A stretch of 64,000 bases of DNA from Octopus vulgaris. Lineage: Eukaryota. The notes under the pieces were generated by a model. The model was not told the DNA's origin and did no database searches. It saw nothing but the letters and a program-made list of their open reading frames with translations. This document shows, one piece after another, positions 54,621 through 64,000 of the stretch. The DNA lies in the NCBI GenBank assembly GCA_951406725.2, contig OX597814.1:171740001-171804000 (forward strand). Reading direction: 5' to 3'. Numbering within the stretch: the stretch's first letter is position 1; each line of letters begins with the position of its first letter. The position numbers and the translations under genes are program-made.

Positions 54621-56723
54621 CTCTTCGCAAAGTGCTCTATAAAGGTATATATTGGATTGATAAACCCTTTTTGATAGAAGCACTTGAAGGCTATCGGTGG
54701 GACCGAAGATTCCTGTCCGGAATGAAAGCATTGGCCATTGTTAGGTATTGAAACAACACATTCTTACCTTCCAGTTATTCGGTACTGATTTCTACATATC
54801 TTATAAAGTACAATTTAACCACTCTTATACATACATACATACATACATACATACATACATACATACATACATACATAGGTACCATGTATGTATCTATATA
54901 TGTATGTATGCATGTATGTTTGTTTGTATGTATGTTTGTTTGTATGTATGTATGTATGTATGTATGTATGTATGTATGTATGTATGTTGTATGTATGTTG
55001 TATGTATGTACATGTTTGTACCGTTGCGCCATAGATTTTTCTTTCTCCTCTTTAAACACGAAACCAACGTTAAAATGTGCAGCACAGATAATGAAATAAT
55101 TCGAACACTATTGCTGTCTGAATCAAAATTCTTTTGACAACTTATCGACAATAATATTAGTGTTAAACCTTTGTTAACTGAGATGATGCAGTGTGGGTGG
55201 CGGAGAGAGACGAATGCAGTGCAGTGCTGTGAATAATGATGAATGAAGAAAATATATAGCACCCACAGGAGTGAAATTTATTTCAGAATAAAACAGCTTC
55301 CCGCGTCAATTAGTCGATATGAGTGATCGGCCGTTGGCATGGGTAAGTATTTCGAGTTGGAGGTGGGTTTAGGTCGAGAGAAATGGAATATGATGTCTGC
55401 CAGAGAAGATAGTAATCTTGGTGAATGAGTTTATGTATTCTTCAGAACGCCATTGATCAGGATGGTTATTTTTTTTATTTATGTATATTTTATTATTTAT
55501 TATTTATATATATTTTTTTATTATTACGATGTTCCTCTGAGAAGAGTAAGAAGAGATGTTTGTTTTGACACTAAGTTGAAGTTTTATAAGCAAGCAGAAA
55601 TACTCCAGATGTCGCCAGCGATTTGGTTTAATAATTAGAATGCGCTAGCAAGCTGTTGGGGTCCGACAAGACCGAAATATGTACGGTAAAAGGAAAGCTC
55701 TACTCCTTCTGCTTCACACACGCAACAATACACTTTCACATATATGCATACACAATCATATATATATATCTCCACACACCGCTATTCTCCCGCACATTTG
55801 CAACCGTTCGTAGCTTCTACACGCGTCAGTGCAATCGAATTTAGAAGTTGAATTATAAGGGTGTCTGGTTGTGTGAAAATGCTAAAATGTTACTCTGTCA
55901 CCACCACCACCACCACCACCGACCTCACCACTACCACCACAGCCACCACAACCACCACCACCACCACCACCACCACCACCACCACCACCAGCAGCGACAG
56001 CACAGAAATAGCAGCATCAACATCAACACTAACAACAAACACATTATTTAATGATTTAATTCTCTGAAAAGACAAACGCTAATATATATCGGTATCAGCC
56101 ATGCTTGTTGTTATATCAGAAGAAGCAAAGAGGAAGAAACATGAAAATATTGAACGTCAAAAATATAATAGATAGAAATAAAATCAAATAAAATCAACGA
56201 AATGAAATAAAATGCAATAAATAGATCGCAATCGATAAGATGTAATACATTTGGCATATTTTTCTTATTGATTTGTTTTGTTTAGAATAAACAGTTCAGC
56301 AATGCCTGAATTCAAACATTTCTTCGCTACCGGAGTAAATGAAGAAACCTCTTGGTGATCACACGACAAGCTTGACATAGCAGCTAAATCGCCATCACAT
56401 TACAGTGTATTGGCTTAGAAACGGACACAATGAATTATGTGTCCCTGAGAAGAAAAAATGAGGTAGTCTTGATAGGAAGTTCTTTGATCATAAGTCTGAT
56501 TATAGCTGATCTTTGGCTCAACAACCAAAATAACAGCTACAACAATTCTCCATATTCTATGATATCTGGGGGAAAACGAAATAAGAAGCAAACTATAAGT
56601 ATAAATATATATATATATATATATTTATACAGACATATATATATACACACACACACACATGCAACCATGTAACCATGTAACTCCAAATAAATGAGTTGAG
56701 TGCGCTTTTCTTTCATTTGTCCA

Positions 56724-56776
<53 letters not shown>

Positions 56777-57025
56777 ACAGACACACACACACAATAAATA
56801 GTGAGGGATTATCAATCCGGGCAAAATACTTCCTAAGCTCTCTGTTGGCACACCAGGCTAACACTATTGCTTACATTAGTGAAGAACTCCAAGTAATCTT
56901 TTGGTAGGGTCACTTGTTATGGTTCGTCACAATTCTGTTTTGTAAATCTGTGGATGGGCTTCAGATAAACTGGCCTTTACAGCGTAATTATATGTAATGA
57001 CCATTATTTCAAACTTGCTTCTTAT

Positions 57026-57202
<177 letters not shown>

Positions 57203-57342
57203 AAGATAGATAGATAGATATCGATATGTGTGTGTGTGTCTAAAGATAGAAGTTAAAATAGCACAGGAGTAAGTCCAAGATATTCCAATTTAAGATGGAA
57301 TTTAATAAAAATGACTTTCAAATTATATGCCTTGACATTTAC

Positions 57343-57429
<87 letters not shown>

Positions 57430-57471
57430 TATATCTGTAAATGTAATATGTGACAATTATTCGGTAGCCAT

Positions 57472-57532
57472 GATAAAACTCCGAGTTTCGGATGTCCGGC
57501 TGGAAATCCACGCCGCTATCTCTTCAGTTATC
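57472..57532 (-). ncRNA. Type-I hammerhead ribozyme motif
   Basis: Minus strand: gataa-CTGAAGA-gatagcggc..gccggacatcc-GAAA-ctcgga-GTT-ttatc; stem I gataa/ttatc; stem III actc-g-gagt. Confidence 0.6.
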
Positions 57533-57597
57533 CGGCCATCGGAAAAAATGCTATGAAGATGACCGTTAAAAAAAGGGAAAGTACGGTGTGATCGACC

Positions 57598-57675
<78 letters not shown>

Positions 57676-57720
57676 TATACAGAGGGAGAGATAGATAGAT
57701 AGACAGACAGACAGACAGGC

Positions 57721-57792
<72 letters not shown>

Positions 57793-57912
57793 TAATATTT
57801 CGCCTAGCATAGCCTGATCTTAGAACTCACTTGAACATATAGTTCAGAAAAAAGCGTTAATCTGCACTGGGTGTAATAAGGGATTCAATAAGTGAGAAGA
57901 GAACAAGAAATC

Positions 57913-58071
57913 GTGTAATGAACTTCCTTAGCTTACAACTGTTTCTGCTATATGATGCAATGCACTTACATCTTCGTTGGTATTTCATGTGGGAAGCTCC
58001 GACGAAGCTATAAGTTGATATACAAGCATTTGAATGAAGAAACAGCTGTAAGCAAATGAAGTTCATTACAC
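57913..58071. mobile_element. ~160-bp element with ~34-bp terminal inverted repeats built from hammerhead 3' halves
   Basis: gtgtaatgaacttccttagcttacaactgtttct / agaaacagctgtaagcaaatgaagttcattacac; inner agct-CCGACGA...GAAA-cagct-GTA-agc. Confidence 0.6.
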
Positions 58072-58209
58072 AGTTTCTTGGACCCTTGTCATATTTGTAA
58101 TTTCTGTCTTTGTCTGTTTGTCTGTGTGTGTGTCTGTCTGTCCCTGTCTAACTGTCTGTTTGTATCTCTCTCTCTCTCTCTCTCTCTCTCTAATATATAT
58201 ATATATATA

Positions 58210-58425
58210 GCAACAATTTAGATTCAAATGAATATGGTACTTAATTTAGATGCACCAGAATTTTGTATGGTGTTATCCATAAAAATTTGCGGGGTGATTA
58301 TAATCAAATATAAGCAACAAGAATGACTCCGGTAATTTGGTACAATTGTTTCGCACTACAACATTTTATTAAAAGTTGTAAGTATTACAGCAGATTTAAG
58401 ACGTTGAGAGCCCTTCAGCCAATTA
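58210..58425 (-). mobile_element. Diverged copy of the element at ~50860-51100
   Basis: gcaccagaatt..gtatggtgttatccata is the reverse complement of ~51025-51053; includes gtacaattgtttc..cttcagcc. Confidence 0.6.
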
Positions 58426-58430
58426 TATTT

Positions 58431-58491
<61 letters not shown>

Positions 58492-58926
58492 TAGCTCGGA
58501 ATTTCTATCGAGGTTCTAAGGACTTAACACTGTTGATTCACCTGCTGACATGTGCACAGGTCCAAGCCTATGCATATACACGCGCACGCATATATATCCA
58601 TATCTGCAAAGTCCCATAGAGCATGCAGACGTATATATACACATATTGAAACTAAGTTTAAAATAAGCTTGAGAGGCTTATCACTGTTTGTACAGCCGAT
58701 GCCACTAGTAACACCTCATTTCCTTCCTTTCTTCCTTCCTTCATTTATTCGTTTTTTTGTTTCCATCCTTCTTTCTTTCTTTCTCCATTTCTTTCCTCCT
58801 CTCTCTCTTTCTTTCTCCATATCTTTCTTTCTATCTTTCTTCCTCCATTTCTTTCTTTTTCTCTTTCTTTCTTTCTTTCTTTCTTCCTTTCTCTCTGATT
58901 CTCTCTGTCTATCTGTATGTTTGTCC

Positions 58927-59005
<79 letters not shown>

Positions 59006-59285
59006 TAACAAACGAATGAGCATGGCGAAAGAACTGAACAAGCATCCATATATCAGTACATACTGACATAAGAATCATTAAAACAAACAAATACAGTCAC
59101 TCACATACATAAACACACACAAATATGCACACACACACACACACACACATGCGCGGGCGCACACACTCACAATCACTCACAGAACCAAAAGCATTACATA
59201 TTCGTAGACAAGCTTTTGTAGACATAAGCAAATAATCACATACGAAGGCACACACACACTCTACCACACACACACACAAACTCTA

Positions 59286-59373
<88 letters not shown>

Positions 59374-59499
59374 AAACACAAAGAAAAAAGCACATGTACA
59401 CTTCAAAAAGTTCGGAAGAAGCAGATGCACACATTTAGTAAAACTGCTGAAATAGAATCACATAAATACGCACGCTCACACACAGACACACACACACAT

Positions 59500-59539
<40 letters not shown>

Positions 59540-60149
59540 TCACATGCATAAACACTCTCACACACACGCACTCGCAAAGCCAAACACATACACACATGAA
59601 ACACAACTCCTACAAAATAACAAAACCATCTCAAGAAACACACGCAAAACACACACACACACACGTACACACACACCCACATACACACATACACACACAC
59701 ACACACACTCATATACGCGCGCGCACACAAAAGCACAACCACACACTCACACACACACATAGATATGCATACACGTATGCATAAACGGAAGCACATAGAC
59801 TACATACATAAAAAAAAAAAACACTCACACACAGATTGCAGTGTGCACACGTGCGCACGCGTAAAATGTCTGTAATTCTCACTAGATCTGGACGTATTTT
59901 GATTCCCAGATAAATAGTGAGCCGATGCGGTATCGGTGTCGTGGTTAGTTATCGTATGATATTGATAAACTAAACGCCCTCTACACTTCCTTCATATTAT
60001 CGGCTTTAGGGATCACCAGCTGCGACCTATCACGCGTTTCAGTTCAGCTTTTTTAACTGTAGCAGCGATCCTCGAAGAAGAAGAAGAAACATCTCTGACG
60101 AAACCGTTAATGGTGCCGTTGCTCCTGCAGTAGTTATTATTAGTATATA

Positions 60150-60379
60150 CTCTTTTCTTTTACTCATTTTATTTGTTTCAGTCAGTGTGACTGTGGCCAT
60201 GCTGGAGCACCGCCTTTTTTAGTCGAGCAAATCGCTCCCCCCCCCCCGCCAGGACTTATTCTTTGTAAGCCTAGTACTTATTTTATCGGTCTCTCTTGCC
60301 GAACCGCTAAGTTACGGGGACGTGAACACACCAGCATCGGTTGTCAAGCGATGTTGGGGGGACAAACACAGACACTCAA

Positions 60380-60448
<69 letters not shown>

Positions 60449-60594
60449 CGACGGGCTTCTTTCAGTTTCCGTCTATCAAGTCCACTCACAAGTCTTTGGT
60501 TGGCCCGAGACTATATATAGTAAAAGACACTTGCCCAAGGTGCCACGCAGTAGGACTGAACCCGGAACCATGTGGTTAGTAAGCAAGCTACTTA
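60150..60594 (-). mobile_element. SINE family B
   Basis: Reverse complement of family B, 5' end clipped. Confidence 0.88.
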
Positions 60595-60751
60595 CATATA
60601 CATATAAATAATTTCATAGTTACACATACACACACGTGCGCGAGCATACACACACAAACTATTACTCAGAGTTTCACGTAACCGATCATCAAGTTTTGAG
60701 TATTTGAAGCAAAAGCAATATAGTGATTATTATTTAGTAATAATTGTTAAG

Positions 60752-61065
60752 GTGGAGGCGCAGTGGACCAGTGGTTAGGGCAGCGGACTCGCGGTCGGAG
60801 GATTACGGTTTCGATTCCCAGACCGGGCGTTCTGTGTGTTTATTGAGCGAAAACAGCTAAAGGTCCACGAGGCTCCGGCAGGGGGTGGTGGCGACTCCTG
60901 TTGCACTCATTCGCCCCAACTTTCTCTCACTCTTTCTTCCTGTTTCTTGAGTAACGCTGCAATGGGCTGGCGTCCCGTCCAGCTGGTGGGGGTGGGGGGA
61001 ACACATACGCCATAGAAACCGGGAAACCGGGCCCCTGAGCCTGGCTAGGCTTGAAAAAAGCGCAT
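60752..61065 (+). mobile_element. SINE with family C head and a different (V-domain-like) 3' half
   Basis: First ~190 bp collinear with 48153-48350, then ctgcaatgggctggcgtcccgtccag...gaaaccgggaaaccgggcccctgagcc. Confidence 0.8.
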
Positions 61066-61079
61066 AAATATATAAATAA

Positions 61080-61287
61080 TAATAGCAGCGTCGTTAATAC
61101 GCCGAACACAATACTTAGCGGTATTTCTTCCGTATTTACGTTCTGAGTTAAAATTCCTCCAGGGTCGACTTCGTCTTTCTTCCTTTTGGGGTTGATAAAA
61201 TAAGTACCAGTCGAGCACTGGGGTCGATGTAATTGATTTACACCTTTACTCCGAAATTGCTGGCCTCACACCAAAATTTGAAACCAG
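61080..61287 (+). mobile_element. SINE family A, diverged
   Basis: cgttctgagttaaaattcc..gggtcgacttcg..aataagtaccagtcgagcactgggg. Confidence 0.72.
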
Positions 61288-61293
61288 CTGTTA

Positions 61294-61843
61294 TTGGGTT
61301 GTCCGGAAAGTTCGTGCCGATTTATAATAGCTTACCTTTCGACTTGTTTTAGAACATGGTTGAGTCTACAAAATAGGATTTGACTATACCTCCATTTAGA
61401 GCACAGTTTAAGCTATCTTTTCGGGGAAGAAGGTTTATGTTCATATAACCTGTGTTAATTCTGTAACCCTTTAAAATAGAAGATAAGAAAGTTCATTTTC
61501 GGGACTTGATGCTTTGGGAACAAGACAAAAATTACTGCAGCTCGGCTCGGATGTGTTACCCATATTCATCAGATATTGCTCCTTTGGATTTCCACTTATT
61601 CAGGTCTCTGCAAAATAGTCTTAATGATAAAAATTTCAATTTCTTTGGATGACGTAAAAAAATACCTTGATGAACTCTTTGCCATGAAATCACCTCAATT
61701 CTGGGAAGAGGATATTTTCAAGTTAAAGGAAAGATGGAGACAACAAAATGGTTCATATTTAGTTGATTAAAAATGTAATGGCAAGTATGTATTGACCTTT
61801 TTCTTTTCTTTAAAAATCGGCACGAACTTTCCGGACAACCCAA
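61294..61843 (+). mobile_element. Internally deleted mariner (550 bp) with perfect 30-bp TIRs and TA TSD
   Basis: TA-ttgggttgtccggaaagttcgtgccgattt...aaatcggcacgaactttccggacaacccaa-TA; interior encodes EDKKVHFRDLMLWE joined to YSSDIAPLDFHLFRSLQNSL. Confidence 0.93.
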
Positions 61844-62164
61844 TATTTAGTAACTCGGTCAATAAACATTTAAAGCCTATTGGCTAGGGCTTAATTACTA
61901 TTGAAAAATGTCTAAAATTTATTGAGTAAAAAAGAAAACACCCTCTGATGTAACGGAACAAACATATACGTTAAGAGCGTGTCAAAATTGCATTAAAATT
62001 GGGTGATATAAACTGAATATGCTCGTTGTACCTGGAATAAAAGTGCAACTAGTGAAAAAGGCACTATTAAAAATTAACAGTTGAAAAAAAATTGTTATAA
62101 GGAATAGAACTGAAATTTAAATTGGACATTAAGACAAGGATTTATGAATATGTACCAAAGAAAT

Positions 62165-62390
62165 GGCACTTCGTCGGTTACGAAGGCAAGGGTATCAACT
62201 GATTCGATCAGCATGATCGTAAAATTAATGTGCAAATGATTGAACACTCCACAGACACGCATACCCTTAATGCAGTTCTCAGGCCCTTTGAATTAGAGGT
62301 ACTACTCATTTTTTTGCGCGCCGCCGGGAATTGAACTGACGACCTTAGGATTGTGAGCCAAAAATCCTAACCACTAAGCCATGCATCTTC
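62165..62390 (-). mobile_element. SINE family D head + shared tail, internally deleted
   Basis: Reverse complement gives atggcttagtggttagg head and ..cgtaaccgacgaagtgcc tail. Confidence 0.62.
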
Positions 62391-62461
62391 ACATGTAGCA
62401 AATAAATGCAAAAAATAAAAACATTTAAATGAGCTTATTCAAGGGAGTTGGAATTGCAATA

Positions 62462-62628
62462 TGTTTCCTTATTACCCACAAGGGGCTAAACATAGAGGGG
62501 ACAAACAAAGACAGATAAACGGATTAAGTCGATTACATCGACCCCAGTGCGAAACTGGTGCTTAATTTATCGACTCCGAAAGGATGAAAGGCAAAGTCGA
62601 CCTCGGCGGAATTTGAACTCAGAACGTA
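62462..62628 (-). mobile_element. SINE family A, 3' part
   Basis: ttattacccacaaggggctaaac...gaactcagaacgt; both flanks contain gttggaattgcaat (probable TSD). Confidence 0.85.
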
Positions 62629-63540
62629 GTTGGAATTGCAATCATTTATTAAATACCAGAGGGAAATATGCATGAAAGCTATAAAGAAAGTGATGGGGAA
62701 GAAGACTAGAGAGTGTAGGGAGTGGAAGCAGGTGAAGAAGGGAAAAATTAAACAACAAAGAAGAAAATATGAGAGTTGAGTATGAGTTAAACTAAAAGAT
62801 ACTAACTGAACAACATGTATCTAATACGGATTGCTATAAGCAGAGGGGAGTAAACGATTAGAAAGCGCACAACAGACTACCTAACACAATATACTTTTCA
62901 TTCTGATACTTCCTTCATTTTTCGACAAACAAGAAAGCATTAATATTCTCCATTAGGAGTATTCTTCATTTTTATATTTTCTGACTCCTCTCTCGCCCCG
63001 ATGACGGCATACTTAGCTTATGGAATCCTTACTCAATGTAGTAATCCATGCATATATGCATAGCTATTTAAGAAACAGCTGTAAGAGACTCTATATTCTC
63101 TATTTAGATTAAATATTTTTTCGAGTGATGCCAAATGTTCTGCTTCTTTATTCTCAATTTTTATCTATATCCATCCGCTCAAGGCGAAACCACTTCTAGC
63201 CACCTTTGATAGACGTTCTCAGCATTAAGATGTTCAGTTGTAGTTCAAGCTTGAGTTTTAGAGGTATGCCAAACTAAGCAATTATAGTACATAACTATTA
63301 CATTACATCAATTGACGAAAACTCCTTGTATATTCTCTCTCTCCCACCTTTCTCTCTCCTCTCTTTCTCGCTCCCGCCCCCTCTCTTTCTTCGGCTTTAA
63401 AGTGTGATGAGTCATCCATGGGGGCCAAGCCATTTATAGATCCGAAACGACTGGTCTCTCTATGACCAGACATGCACTCAACTGCATATATATATATATA
63501 TATATATATATGAGATGACAAAGGATTGAACGATTTTCTT

Positions 63541-63715
63541 ATGAACTTCATTAACTGACAGCTGTTTCTGCTCTATGATACAATAGAATGGTAGTGGAGA
63601 GCCTGAATTGCACTTCATATTCTAGGCTCTAATGAAGCTATAAGGTGTTACTCAGGCTCTCAACTATCATTCTACTACATCCGATGACAGAAACAGCTGT
63701 AAGCTAATGAAGACT
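63541..63715. mobile_element. Second copy of the 57913-58071 inverted-end element
   Basis: atgaacttcattaactgacagctgtttctg / cagaaacagctgtaagctaatgaag; shared inner gaagctataag. Confidence 0.58.
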
Positions 63716-64000
63716 ATAAGATAATCATTCATTCCTTTCTTATTTCATTCTCATATTCCCGCTTCGTTCTGAAGCTATATATATTGAGTTCTACACCAGG
63801 TTATTAGTCCTGCAATGCCTAAGCGATATATATATATATATACACAGACACACAGACACAGTCAAATAATATGGGCTGGGGCGATGGGGGTTATCATCAA
63901 GATTTCTTCGATGTCACTCGTTCATTTTTTTTTAATTGTTTGTATTTTGTATGTTCGTTGAACGTCATGTTTTGCATCTTTTGTTAGTTCATTATTCCTT

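Overview
Eukaryotic, AT-rich, repeat-dominated DNA. The microsatellite load and SINE repertoire most resemble an octopod cephalopod (Octopus-like); this is inferred from recalled repeat families, not from a search. No intact host protein-coding gene can be supported, so the window looks intronic or intergenic, and nearly all listed ORFs are microsatellite artefacts. Recognisable content: four tRNA-derived SINE families (about 35-40 copies); five Tc1/mariner relics, one a 550-bp deletion derivative with perfect TIRs; a Neptune-type Penelope-like element (RT + GIY-YIG); an L1/Tx1 LINE relic inside (TATC)n; a CR1-like 3' end; hAT, pogo-like and piggyBac-like relics; and four non-autonomous Helitrons. 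The most notable signals are (i) more than a dozen minimal type-I hammerhead-ribozyme motifs in short non-coding elements, some in head-to-head inverted pairs (Penelope pLTR/retrozyme-like), (ii) the most abundant SINE carrying the 3' end of the local Tx1 LINE, and (iii) modular head/tail swapping among SINEs. All alignments and folds were done by eye.
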